Positions 48,917 to 58,585 of a DNA stretch of 61,299 bases are shown here, piece by piece. Each line of letters begins with the position of its first letter. The first letter of the stretch is position 1. The notes beneath the pieces are model-generated. The model was not told where the DNA came from, ran no database searches, and saw nothing but the letters and a program-made list of their open reading frames with translations. The stretch is from a virus (lineage: Duplodnaviria; Caudoviricetes): IMG/VR virus record IMGVR_UViG_3300007760_000655, positions 1-61,299 of that record. The stretch is one strand, 5' to 3'. The translations under genes were made by a program, and so were the position numbers.

Positions 48917-49209
48917 TAATAATTTATAATTACGAAGGCAATGTTGGTGTAATAACCCCTAAGAAAAGTTATAAAGATTTGTTTTCTGGTTCAGAAGAGG
49001 AAAAACTAATCCAAATTGCAAACGCAGAATTACCCAATGGTACTAAATTTGAGGTCAGCCCTTTTGATACCGTTGAAATGGAAGATAGAACTATAGGTGC
49101 GGATTGGAAGTATAAAGGTACAGGGCGAGAAAGAACCTCTGTTGCTTTAAGTGCAGAAGACCAAACTGCTTATGAAACGCAACGAGATTCATACGAGGAC
49201 GCATTATGA
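48913..49209 (+). CDS. Hypothetical protein
   Basis: ORF in operon. Confidence 0.5.
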   Translation: MIIIYNYEGNVGVITPKKSYKDLFSGSEEEKLIQIANAELPNGTKFEVSPFDTVEMEDRTIGADWKYKGTGRERTSVALSAEDQTAYETQRDSYEDAL

Positions 49210-49306
49210 TATTTGCAGCATTTATGATTGGCTTCATTGTGGGATGGATAGTCAATGAAAAATTAGAAAAAGGAATCGGCAACTTAAATCCTTGGAAAAA
49301 TAGGAA

Positions 49307-51136
49307 ATGAAGAAGCTAGCTGTAATAGTGCCATTATTATTGGCATTGTTACTTACATTCGTACACTATAACGGTGGCAAGGTTGTAGAAACGGCCAAGC
49401 TTAAACAGTTCGATTTACTTCAACAAACAGATGAACCCGTACTATCTCAGGATATTGGAGTTCTCACAATAGATGAGGAAGCTATAGAGAAGTATGGTCA
49501 ATGGCCTTGGTCTAGAGAAATACTAGGTGATTTAATTTGGAACTTACGCGAGGCGGGAGCAGGCATAATAGTTGTTCCAATCCTTTTTTCGGAAGAAGAT
49601 AGGCTAGGTGGAGACGAGTTATTTGTATCCGCACTACCAAACAACGGTGTAGTTATTGCACAGGTTGGTTCTAGCCAAATAAATAAGAATGGTGTACCTA
49701 GAGGTGTAGCGAAAATAGGAGACCCAATTCCGTTCCTCTTTGAGTGGGGCGGTATGCTTGGGCCGATACCCTTATTAGGACTGAATGCAGATGGAGTTGG
49801 AGTACTAAATACGGTACCCGAGATTGACGGAGTTGTACGTCGATTGCCTCTTATGATGCGCATAGGAGAAGAAGTATATCCTTCAATAGCGGTGGAAGTA
49901 CTTAGAGTTGCAACTGGTAATCCTTCATATCAGGTTAAGGCTAACGCGGGCGGTATAAGCGCAGTACGTGTTAAAGGTTTCCCAGTTATGAAGACTGACC
50001 AGAATGCTCGAATCTGGCTGAGGTGGAATAAGAAATTTGATACAGTTTCTGCCGCCTCTACCGATTTATCTTCTTTTGAAGGGAGAACAGTATTAATAGG
50101 AGCAACGGCGGAAGGTGTTGGTGGTAAGATTGGCTCACCAACTGGCCCACAACATAACTTCATCCCTGCTGCAGTTTCTTTACAAACACTAATAGAGGGA
50201 GAAACTATACAGAGGCCGTACTGGGCTCATACTGCGGAATTACTAACAACATTACTACTTGGATTATTTATTGTTGTTTTAGTAAGGTTTGCTCCGTACT
50301 GGTTAATTGGATTATTCTTTGCAGTAGATATAGGTGCGCTTGTTTACGGTACATTGTACGCATGGCAGAACTACTTATATTTACTGAATATGACAATGGC
50401 TCTGACTACTACTTTAATAGTAGGACTCGTAGCAGTATTTGGCAGATTTATAATAGAATTTAAAGCCAAACAACTTATTAAGAAACAGTTTGAGCACTAT
50501 CTCGACCCACGACAGGTCGCTATACTGCAAAAGAACCCAGAGATGCTTAAGTTGGGTGGCGATAGGAAAGAAATGTCGTTTTTGTTTTCTGACATTGTAG
50601 GGTTTACCCCAATTTCAGAACATTTTAAAAATAATGATGACCCAGAAGGGTTGTGTGAATTAATTAATGACTACCTGGATAGAATGACCAAAATTATTAA
50701 CGATAATGGTGGTTGTGTAGATAAATATATGGGTGACTGTATTATGGCGTTTTGGAACGCACCTATACCATGTGAGAACCACGCCGAGATGGCTGTAAAG
50801 AGTTCTATGGAGATAGCAGTCGAGACAGAGAAGCTTAAAGCCGAACTAGCTGCTAAAGGGTTACCAGAAATAAAAATAGGCTCTGGTGTGAATACTGGAG
50901 ATTGTATTGTTGGTAATATGGGTTCCAAGACTAGGTTTGATTATTCTTGTATCGGTGACGCAGTTAACTTAGCCGCTAGACTTGAGGCACAGACTAGACA
51001 ATATCCTAACTGTACTACTTTATACTCATCTTACACAATGGAACAATTACCTAATAATATGAAGTCAGTAGAAATTGATAAAGTTAAGGTGAAAGGTAAA
51101 GATGAACTAGTTACTATATATTCACCAACGGAGTAA
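49307..51136 (+). CDS. CHASE2-domain class III adenylate cyclase
   Basis: IDE...GQWPWSR, DGVVRR (CHASE2), 3 TM, FSDIVGFT, DKYMGD (adenine-selecting Lys), GDAVNLAARLE. Confidence 0.93.
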   Translation: MKKLAVIVPLLLALLLTFVHYNGGKVVETAKLKQFDLLQQTDEPVLSQDIGVLTIDEEAIEKYGQWPWSREILGDLIWNLREAGAGIIVVPILFSEEDRLGGDELFVSALPNNGVVIAQVGSSQINKNGVPRGVAKIGDPIPFLFEWGGMLGPIPLLGLNADGVGVLNTVPEIDGVVRRLPLMMRIGEEVYPSIAVEVLRVATGNPSYQVKANAGGISAVRVKGFPVMKTDQNARIWLRWNKKFDTVSAASTDLSSFEGRTVLIGATAEGVGGKIGSPTGPQHNFIPAAVSLQTLIEGETIQRPYWAHTAELLTTLLLGLFIVVLVRFAPYWLIGLFFAVDIGALVYGTLYAWQNYLYLLNMTMALTTTLIVGLVAVFGRFIIEFKAKQLIKKQFEHYLDPRQVAILQKNPEMLKLGGDRKEMSFLFSDIVGFTPISEHFKNNDDPEGLCELINDYLDRMTKIINDNGGCVDKYMGDCIMAFWNAPIPCENHAEMAVKSSMEIAVETEKLKAELAAKGLPEIKIGSGVNTGDCIVGNMGSKTRFDYSCIGDAVNLAARLEAQTRQYPNCTTLYSSYTMEQLPNNMKSVEIDKVKVKGKDELVTIYSPTE

Positions 51137-51139
51137 TAG

Positions 51140-51421
51140 ATGGGCGAATATTTAGCACTTGTAACGGACGTAGGTTTCCCTATAGTAGCATCTTTAGCTG
51201 GTGGTTACTTTGTATTCTTAACACTTAACTTTATTTTAGATGGTGTATTAGATGATATTAAGCAACAACGTATGTTTTCTAAAGCTCTTGATAATAGAGT
51301 GAAAACAATGAATAACGAGATTATTCGTATTGACCTTAAAATGTGTAGGGCTTTTGGCGTAAGACCAGATTTAGACAGGGTAGCAAGAGCTGATGGACAG
51401 AAAGATGCGAGAAAGGATTGA
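51140..51421 (+). CDS. Small membrane protein (paralogue of 52234)
   Basis: GFPIVA...GYF, TM + coiled coil. Confidence 0.6.
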   Translation: MGEYLALVTDVGFPIVASLAGGYFVFLTLNFILDGVLDDIKQQRMFSKALDNRVKTMNNEIIRIDLKMCRAFGVRPDLDRVARADGQKDARKD

Positions 51422-52023
51422 TGATAGAACATATCTTTCCAATATCTGTAGGAGTGAAATTTTTTGATAAACACTCTGAATATGAGGAACATTTAACTAA
51501 AAAATGTTTTGAGTTAGAAAAGACAGTATCTTTAGGTGAGTCTTGGTTACAGAATAATACTTATAATACTATGGGTAGTTATGATTTGAGCAAAGATGCA
51601 GACTTTAATCCAATAACAGAATTTATAGTAAAAGAGGTTAAAGAATATTGTAAAAAATTAGGGCTAGACCCGAATTGTATGGAAGAAACCCCTAGACAAC
51701 CTTGGTTTAATATATACAGAAAGGGAGACTACCAGGATTATCACTATCATGCAAATACTTTGTTTTCTTGTGTGTACTTTTTAAGTGGTAACCCTACAAT
51801 AGGTGCAAAATTATTTCTAAAAAGTCCTATAAAAGATTTTTTAGCTCCCAGAGTAACTAATAATCAATGGGAGAATGATGATAGGTTCTTTTATGCTCCT
51901 GACCCAGGTAAACTTATAATTATGAGAGGGTACGTTGAACATGCAGTAGAGCAGCACGGGGACGATAAGCCTAGAATATCTTTAGCATACAATTTTGTAA
52001 GGAAGGGTCATGAAAGCGAATAA
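51418..52023 (+). CDS. Putative 2OG-Fe(II) oxygenase
   Basis: WFNIY..GDYQDYHYH, SCVYF, H.V...RISLAYN. Confidence 0.8.
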   Translation: MMIEHIFPISVGVKFFDKHSEYEEHLTKKCFELEKTVSLGESWLQNNTYNTMGSYDLSKDADFNPITEFIVKEVKEYCKKLGLDPNCMEETPRQPWFNIYRKGDYQDYHYHANTLFSCVYFLSGNPTIGAKLFLKSPIKDFLAPRVTNNQWENDDRFFYAPDPGKLIIMRGYVEHAVEQHGDDKPRISLAYNFVRKGHESE

Positions 52024-52234
52024 AGAATCAATTTGGCATTTTACTTGTGACCATTGTAGTGGGTTTTGGAGTATTGCCACAATGGATGCTTGGTATCCAA
52101 AAGAATTGTATTGTCCACATTGTGGAACACTAAATAAAAATGATAGATGTTCATGTGGGCATAAAATAGGAGAGTGTGACTGTAAAGCAGGATGTAGTTG
52201 CGAATGTAATAAAAGATACTTAGGTGCATATTAA
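52010..52234 (+). CDS. Cys-rich zinc-ribbon / metallothionein-like protein
   Basis: CDHC, CPHC, CSCGH, CDC, CSCEC. Confidence 0.55.
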   Translation: MKANKESIWHFTCDHCSGFWSIATMDAWYPKELYCPHCGTLNKNDRCSCGHKIGECDCKAGCSCECNKRYLGAY

Positions 52235-52521
52235 TGGAATTAGGTGAAATAATCAATAAGTATGGTTTCCCTATTATCGCAGCAGGTGGTTTAGGTTATT
52301 TTATATACTTTATATGGAGATGGGTAACTGAGAAAGTAGACCCGATTATTGGTGAGAGTCATATGACTCTTATTGCTCTAATTGATAGAATACGAATGTT
52401 AGATAATGATTTAATCAGACTTAATGCTAAATTAGATATGATTATACAGCAAAAGGAAGAAGCGAATGAAATTAAAACTAACGATATTACTACTTCTAAG
52501 TCTAACGGCTCAGGCGGGTAA
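52234..52521 (+). CDS. Small membrane protein (paralogue of 51140)
   Basis: GFPIIA...GYF, LIDRIRMLDNDLIR. Confidence 0.6.
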   Translation: MELGEIINKYGFPIIAAGGLGYFIYFIWRWVTEKVDPIIGESHMTLIALIDRIRMLDNDLIRLNAKLDMIIQQKEEANEIKTNDITTSKSNGSGG

Positions 52522-52951
52522 TCTAAATTTCAGTTTTAGTAACCCATCATTTAGTGGGGAAGGGTACTCAAGCCACGTACTGTCGATTGAGCAACTGCAA
52601 CACAATAGAGAACAAGGTGTACTAGATGACGCAACCGCAGCAGAGAAAGCCGCGGATAGAGCAGCTAAGAACACTACTTTAGCTAAGTTTGTAACTAATG
52701 TTGAAAGTCGTATATTTGCAAATCTTTCTAAGCAGATGGTGGATAATATGTTTGGTACTAATTGTACTCCATCTGATGATGAAATAGCAGATGACGTAGA
52801 ATGTCCTACCTCAGGTTCAGCAACTTTACCAGATGGGTCTACCGTACATTGGATAAAGGATGAAACAGCAGAAACTATTACATTAACAGTTACCGATGCT
52901 TCTGGAAGTATAACTCAATTGATTGTACCAGTGGGTGATTTTAAATTTTAA
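52466..52951 (+). CDS. csgF: Curli assembly protein CsgF-like
   Basis: Signal peptide then L.F.FSNPSFSG; adjacent to csgG. Confidence 0.8.
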   Translation: MKLKLTILLLLSLTAQAGNLNFSFSNPSFSGEGYSSHVLSIEQLQHNREQGVLDDATAAEKAADRAAKNTTLAKFVTNVESRIFANLSKQMVDNMFGTNCTPSDDEIADDVECPTSGSATLPDGSTVHWIKDETAETITLTVTDASGSITQLIVPVGDFKF

Positions 52952-52961
52952 GGTGATTAAT

Positions 52962-53858
52962 ATGGAGTACCTAGCAATAGCTTTATTATCCTGTGTAGTG
53001 GGAGCTTGTTCTGTTAATCAAAAAACAGAAGCAATACAGGGCGATATGCCTTTTGTACAAGGAACTCCAACTAAAACCTTGTTACAAGAGATGCCAGAGC
53101 TGATAAACGTGCCGACAGATGGCGAGGGTAACCCAGTAAAGATTACGGTAGCTGTTTACAAGTTCCCTGATGTTACAGGACAGAGAAAGCCAGTTGGATT
53201 ATCGACAGCAGTTTCACAAGGAGCTGATGTATGGGTTATACAGGCTTTAATGGCAGTTAGTAATGGAGAATGGTTCACAGTTGTCGAAAGAGCGAGTTTA
53301 GACTCTTTAGTTAAAGAAAGACAACTTATAAGGAGTACTAGAGAATTATATGACGGCACAGACGCAGGAGATGCGTTACAGCCTATGTTATTCGCAGGTT
53401 TAATATTAGAAGGCGGTATTGTTGGTTATGATACTAACACAACAAGTGGGGGTGCTGGAGCAAGATATTTTGGTTTAGGTTCACATGAAGAATATAGAAC
53501 AGACCAAGTAACAATATCTTTAAGACTCGTTGCTGTACAGACAGGAGAGATTCTACTGACTGTATCATCAACTAAAACAATAGCAAGTATCAGTAATGGA
53601 GCAGATGTATTTAGATTTTTAGATTTGGGTACAAGAGCTTTAGAAATAGAATCAGGCAATGCAGCGAATGAGCCAGTTAACTATGCTATTCGAACTGCAA
53701 TTGAATACGGAATTTTACAAATGCTTTACGACGGTAAAGAAAAAGGGCTATGGGAGTGGGAAGAATCAACAACCGCAGAAGTTGTTGAGAACGTAGTCGA
53801 TTATGAATTAGTAGACGGTTGGGCACAACACCCAATTTCTGAAAAACAAGGGGAATAA
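52962..53858 (+). CDS. csgG: Curli secretion pore CsgG
   Basis: Lipobox VGAC, AVYKFPDVTGQRK, STAVSQG, VVER..L..L.KERQLIR, EGGIVGYDTN. Confidence 0.92.
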   Translation: MEYLAIALLSCVVGACSVNQKTEAIQGDMPFVQGTPTKTLLQEMPELINVPTDGEGNPVKITVAVYKFPDVTGQRKPVGLSTAVSQGADVWVIQALMAVSNGEWFTVVERASLDSLVKERQLIRSTRELYDGTDAGDALQPMLFAGLILEGGIVGYDTNTTSGGAGARYFGLGSHEEYRTDQVTISLRLVAVQTGEILLTVSSTKTIASISNGADVFRFLDLGTRALEIESGNAANEPVNYAIRTAIEYGILQMLYDGKEKGLWEWEESTTAEVVENVVDYELVDGWAQHPISEKQGE

Positions 53859-53875
53859 GAATATGGGAGAGTAGT

Positions 53876-54991
53876 ATGAAACTTATAACATTCTTTATCA
53901 TGTTAATGATGAGTTTGCCCTCTATGGCAACAAATAAGATTTATGTAACCCAAGCAGGTGCATCACTTGTATTTGATGTGTTACAAGACGGCGATGGCAA
54001 CATGATAGGTAATAGTACTACAGCTTCCACCGCCAGTGGTTCAGCAACAAATTTTAATATAGACCAGGTTGGTAATAGTAATATAATTACTTTTGATATT
54101 CATGGTGATAGCTTTACCGGTGTGTGGAGTACAACAGGTAATAGTAACAATATTGATTTTAACTGTGATTCGGCGGATGCTACTTCAGGATGTGATAGTG
54201 TTAATGCTACAATCACCTTTACAGGTAACTCACAAGATATTGATATAGATGTGGGTCTTACCTCATCAAAGTCAGGTGATAGCGCTGATATTGATGTTGT
54301 TGGTCAATCAGGTACGGACAGTACTGTTGTTGCTGCTACAATTGATGGCACAAGTGCAATATTAAGATTAACAATTGATGGTGATACTAATAACTATCTA
54401 ATCGATATTGACGATAATGGAGATGTTAACGGTCATACTTTAATTATGACACAGACGGGAATTACAGCAGATGTTGATGTAGTTCAATCGGGTTCTTACG
54501 ATAATATAGCAACAGTAACAACAACAGGTGACTCACAAAATATTGATATCAATCAGACTGCTGGAGGTTCAATAACAGCAACAACTACTGGAAGTACATC
54601 ATCTGCAGTTAAAACACTAAATATTAACCAGACAGGACATGCAACATTTAATACAGATGGTACTATTCTTGGGCAAACATCTTCTGGTTTAGCTGGTGCT
54701 GGTGGTACTTATGATATAGATCAAACAAGTACTGGTACAATCAATTTAGATGTCAATGGTGCAAGTGCGAATGTCAGTATTGAACAAACAAGTACAGGCA
54801 CAGTTCACATAGATGCTGCGGGTTCAAGTTTTACAGCTGATATAGACCAAGATAATGCAAGTACAATTTCATTACACCATGACGGGGCAAGTGCAGATTA
54901 CGTTATTTTGCAGACTGGCGGTAGTGGTGACATCTTAACTTTAACAGTAAATGGTGCAAGCGCAAATGTGGACATTATTCAGAGGGATTAG
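53876..54991 (+). CDS. Secreted curlin-like beta-solenoid repeat protein
   Basis: Signal peptide; repeated I.Q.G..N units. Confidence 0.7.
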   Translation: MKLITFFIMLMMSLPSMATNKIYVTQAGASLVFDVLQDGDGNMIGNSTTASTASGSATNFNIDQVGNSNIITFDIHGDSFTGVWSTTGNSNNIDFNCDSADATSGCDSVNATITFTGNSQDIDIDVGLTSSKSGDSADIDVVGQSGTDSTVVAATIDGTSAILRLTIDGDTNNYLIDIDDNGDVNGHTLIMTQTGITADVDVVQSGSYDNIATVTTTGDSQNIDINQTAGGSITATTTGSTSSAVKTLNINQTGHATFNTDGTILGQTSSGLAGAGGTYDIDQTSTGTINLDVNGASANVSIEQTSTGTVHIDAAGSSFTADIDQDNASTISLHHDGASADYVILQTGGSGDILTLTVNGASANVDIIQRD

Positions 54992-56072
54992 TCTATTACT
55001 AATTAGTACTTCAATTCTAGCTAATATAGGTTTAGTAACAAAATTTAGTGGAAGTGCTGCGATAGAGCGCGATGAAGGTTTTGAAGTATACGAGGTAGAG
55101 AAAGACCTTGGGGTGGAAATGCTAGATGTTGTTGCGACAGCAAAAGGTAAAGTACAAATAGACTTCATTGACGAAACCAGGGTTGATGTAACAGAGCACA
55201 GTCGTTTAGTAATTGATGACTTTGTGTACGACCCAGCTTCCCAAGAGGGTTCTCTTTCACTAAAAGCTAGCCTCGGTACTATAAGATACGCAAGTGGGCA
55301 GATAGCAAAGACTAGCCGTCAGAATGTTAAGATTACTACTCCTAGTGCTGTAATTGGTGTTCGTGGAACAGATTTTACAATGACAGTAGACGAGATTGGC
55401 GGTTCTACTATTATTTTGTTGCCTTCTTGTGATACAAATGGTAATTGTTTTGTGGGAGAGATTTCAGTTGAGTCTGATGCAGGTATGGTTATCATGAATC
55501 AAGCGTTTCAGGCTACTACTGTAGCTACAAGCGCAAGTAGACCATTAAAACCAGTAGTTCTAGATTTAGAGGAAAGTTTAATTAGTAATCTATTAATTAT
55601 ATCTAAACCTAGAGCAATTGCAGAGGCGGAACAAACTCAAGAACTAAATAAGGTTGCCACTGCGTTAGATATTGATTTCTTAAAGTTTGAGGACTTAGAT
55701 ATAGATTTTCTAGCAGAAGAAGAGGATACTTGGAAAACTGCTCTTGATACAGATTTCTTAGACCAAAACTTTTTAGGCGATATTTTAGCCCAATTGAATT
55801 TACAACTAGCTTTACAAATGAGAAGCGAGTTTGAGAAGCAGAAGAAAGTGGGAGATTTAAAATTAGGTAAAGATTCAGAAACAGGAATAACTTTATTAGA
55901 TGAAGACCCCGAATGGTATTGGCATAGGGAAGCCGCAAGTGGCAGTGTTATAGAATTCAGACTTGAAAAAGAAAATAGTTACATTATAAATATAGTGCAA
56001 GGCGATTTTGAGTTAATTGACTTCGAGCTAGGGGGTACAGAAAGTGAAATCACTATTTACCAAAGTCAGTAG
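54966..56072 (+). CDS. FecR-domain protein
   Basis: F.DET.V..TEHS.LVIDDFVYDP, TPSAVIGVRGTDF. Confidence 0.85.
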   Translation: MWTLFRGISLLLISTSILANIGLVTKFSGSAAIERDEGFEVYEVEKDLGVEMLDVVATAKGKVQIDFIDETRVDVTEHSRLVIDDFVYDPASQEGSLSLKASLGTIRYASGQIAKTSRQNVKITTPSAVIGVRGTDFTMTVDEIGGSTIILLPSCDTNGNCFVGEISVESDAGMVIMNQAFQATTVATSASRPLKPVVLDLEESLISNLLIISKPRAIAEAEQTQELNKVATALDIDFLKFEDLDIDFLAEEEDTWKTALDTDFLDQNFLGDILAQLNLQLALQMRSEFEKQKKVGDLKLGKDSETGITLLDEDPEWYWHREAASGSVIEFRLEKENSYIINIVQGDFELIDFELGGTESEITIYQSQ

Positions 56073-56838
56073 TATTTTATTATTATGTTTACCTGTATTT
56101 GCTAATAATGAAATATACATCACCCAAGTTGGTACAAGCAATAGTTTCACCCTTGACATCTTACAAGATGGTGATGATAATGTAGTACAAATTTCTGTAT
56201 CACATGACAGTAATAGTATTGATATTGACCAAGAAGGAAACAATAATACAATTAGTTGGGTTTCTTACTGGGGGTCTGGTCAAGGTTGGGGTGGTGATTT
56301 AGATGGTTCAAGTAATACTTTAAAATTTGAACAATATAATACAACAGGCACAGATGCAAATAAGATAGGGTTTCATATACCAAGTAGTAATAATACTATT
56401 CATCTTTGTCAAGGTAAAACATTTGATAACTCATCTGATACAACTTGCGAACCAACCACATCATCTGAATATGGTGGACATACAATTGATTTAGATATTC
56501 ATTCTGGCGGCACAGATTTAAAAGGCTCACAAGAAACTGGCACGGGCAATGCAGACCACTATGCAAGAGTTTATACTTACAACGGTGATAATAATGACAT
56601 TTTCTTTAAACAATCAGGTAATGGAGATAAATGGTTATCATTAATCGTTAGAACCGATAACGGGGAGCAAGAGATTATACAGGCGGGTAATGGTGACCAC
56701 ACAGCAACAGTAGATTTAACTGGTGCTTATACAACAGATTTATCATTGACTCAAAATAGTAGCTCAGATAAAACATACACATTAACAAATAACTGCCAAA
56801 CATCATCAGGGTGCAGTATTACAGTAACACAGAATTAA
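56044..56838 (+). CDS. Second secreted curlin-like repeat protein
   Basis: NEIYITQVG, ILQDGDDN, IDQEGNNN, QAGNGDH repeats. Confidence 0.7.
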   Translation: MKSLFTKVSSILLLCLPVFANNEIYITQVGTSNSFTLDILQDGDDNVVQISVSHDSNSIDIDQEGNNNTISWVSYWGSGQGWGGDLDGSSNTLKFEQYNTTGTDANKIGFHIPSSNNTIHLCQGKTFDNSSDTTCEPTTSSEYGGHTIDLDIHSGGTDLKGSQETGTGNADHYARVYTYNGDNNDIFFKQSGNGDKWLSLIVRTDNGEQEIIQAGNGDHTATVDLTGAYTTDLSLTQNSSSDKTYTLTNNCQTSSGCSITVTQN

Positions 56839-56840
56839 TT

Positions 56841-57134
56841 ATGACTGAAAGAGAAATAAGTACAATGAGATGGCGATGGTCGGCATTGATTTTATATCTT
56901 GTGATATGTTTTTATGACTTTATGTTTGTACCTATATGGTACGGGCTTAATAGACCTGACATAGCACAATTTATTGATATACTTAACACTGTGGAAGACC
57001 CTTTGATACAGTTAGAACTGATGAAGAAATTGACAGGACAACACAATCCATTTACTCTTATGGGCGGTGGGTTGTTTCATTTAGCATTTGGTGCAATACT
57101 TACAGGTAGTGCATTTGGAATAGGAAAAGATTAA
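56841..57134 (+). CDS. 2-TM membrane protein (holin-like)
   Basis: Y..IC.YDF.F.P...[16 protein letters not shown]. Confidence 0.5.
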   Translation: MTEREISTMRWRWSALILYLVICFYDFMFVPIWYGLNRPDIAQFIDILNTVEDPLIQLELMKKLTGQHNPFTLMGGGLFHLAFGAILTGSAFGIGKD

Positions 57135-57289
57135 TGAGAGTAAACATACGAATGCAATCAACAGAGTCTCCGCACTACTATACATGTACGAAGAATAAAA
57201 GGTTGCACCCTGAAAATATGAGGTTAAAGAAGTTTGACCCTGTTGTGCGAAAGCATGTACTTTATACAGAAAAGAAACTTAAAAAGTAA
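57134..57289 (+). CDS. rpmG: 50S ribosomal protein bL33, Zn-independent type (not in ORF track)
   Basis: [51 protein letters not shown]. Confidence 0.92.
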   Translation: MRVNIRMQSTESPHYYTCTKNKRLHPENMRLKKFDPVVRKHVLYTEKKLKK

Positions 57290-57502
57290 ATGGCTAGACA
57301 TAAAAATGATTTTATATTTGATAAAGATTTCGATACTAGATATTTTAAAAGTCCTTGTATAAGTGTTTGTACTTATAATGGGGAAGACTATTGTATTGGG
57401 TGTAAAAGGCACATGACAGAAATATATGATTGGTATGACTATAGTGATACAATGAGAAATGCCATCTTAAAGGATTTGAAAACAAGGAGAGTAGATGTTT
57501 GA
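57290..57502 (+). CDS. DUF1289 putative Fe-S/Zn protein
   Basis: SPCISVC......CIGCKR...EI..W. Confidence 0.8.
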   Translation: MARHKNDFIFDKDFDTRYFKSPCISVCTYNGEDYCIGCKRHMTEIYDWYDYSDTMRNAILKDLKTRRVDV

Positions 57503-57752
57503 AGATACATTATGGATTTATACAAGTATAGTTGGAGCCTTATTAGGCGCAGCTTTCTTGTTTTATATAAAGGATACTAGAGTAGGTCTTTGGGGCTACT
57601 CACAGTTTGATAAAACAGTAGACTACTGTAGGGATTATTTAGGTTGGACATGGCTAAACCAAGACCCAGATGCTTGGAAGAAGGTAAACCCTAAGATAGC
57701 TGCAAAGATTGGGGAGTTGGAAAAGCGCCTCGAAGTGCTAGAGGAGAAGTAA
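57495..57752 (+). CDS. Hypothetical membrane-anchored protein
   Basis: N-terminal TM. Confidence 0.55.
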   Translation: MFEDTLWIYTSIVGALLGAAFLFYIKDTRVGLWGYSQFDKTVDYCRDYLGWTWLNQDPDAWKKVNPKIAAKIGELEKRLEVLEEK

Positions 57753-58525
57753 TGACTATATCCGAAATGAATTTAAAGCAAAGAAGTCTGCTCTTTGCAA
57801 GATTATCAGCAGATGCTTACGGAAAGGAGTCAGCAGTTAGGGAGGCAGTAAAAGAGTACGGATTTAAAGATATAGAATTTTATAATCTTCATGGAGCTCA
57901 AGCTTATCGATTTGAGAATAAAACTGATATTGTAATTGCCTGTCGTGGAACGCAACCTACAGAATTTAATGACTTAAAAGCAGACCTTAAAGCGTTCCCA
58001 GTAGTAGCTGAAACAGTCTCAAGAGTACATAGAGGCTTTAAAGCAGAGGTCGATGAACTTTGGCCTGAAGTTAGAAAAGATACTTTTACAAGTAAAAAGC
58101 TGTGGTTTTGTGGGCACTCTTTAGGAGCAGCAATGGCTACTATTATGGCTTCTCGTTGTATGGATGACCCAGCTTTAGCAAACCCAATTCAGTTATATAC
58201 TTATGGTTCACCACGAGTTGGTTGGCCTAAATATGTAAGGTCATTAAAAGTAGACCACATAAGGTGGCAAAATAATAATGATATAGTTACTCGTGTACCT
58301 TTAAAAATTATGAATTATAGGCATCATGGTAAATTACATTATATTAGTAGTACAGGAAAGATAAACTCTACTGGCAGGTCTAACTGGTTTAGTAGATTTA
58401 AAGATAGATTAAATGGTATGTGGTTAGGCTTAAAGAAGGGACAAATTGACAACTTCTCTGACCACGCTATGGTAGGTTATATTGACTATTTAAAGAAATG
58501 GAATGGTTTTTATAAAGAACTTTAA
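57752..58525 (+). CDS. Lipase class 3
   Basis: RGT, VHRGF, GHSLGAA, YGSPRVG, DIVTRVP, DH. Confidence 0.9.
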   Translation: MTISEMNLKQRSLLFARLSADAYGKESAVREAVKEYGFKDIEFYNLHGAQAYRFENKTDIVIACRGTQPTEFNDLKADLKAFPVVAETVSRVHRGFKAEVDELWPEVRKDTFTSKKLWFCGHSLGAAMATIMASRCMDDPALANPIQLYTYGSPRVGWPKYVRSLKVDHIRWQNNNDIVTRVPLKIMNYRHHGKLHYISSTGKINSTGRSNWFSRFKDRLNGMWLGLKKGQIDNFSDHAMVGYIDYLKKWNGFYKEL

Positions 58526-58526
58526 C

Positions 58527-58580
58527 TAGTACAACGAAGTACTAACACTTGAGACAACGAAGTCCTTTTATTAAAAAGGA
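58527..58580 (+). promoter_or_regulatory. ANTAR-type dual hexaloop RNA element overlapping an anti-SD hairpin
   Basis: TAGTAC-AACGAA-GTACTA, 8-nt linker, GAC-AACGAA-GTC; TCCTTTT pairs with AAAAGGA (SD). Confidence 0.7.
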
Positions 58581-58585
58581 ATAAA

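Noticed and set aside
58527-58585. glnA glutamine riboswitch upstream of GS
   Set aside because: No three-way junction or E-loop consensus; leader fits the dual-hexaloop pattern instead
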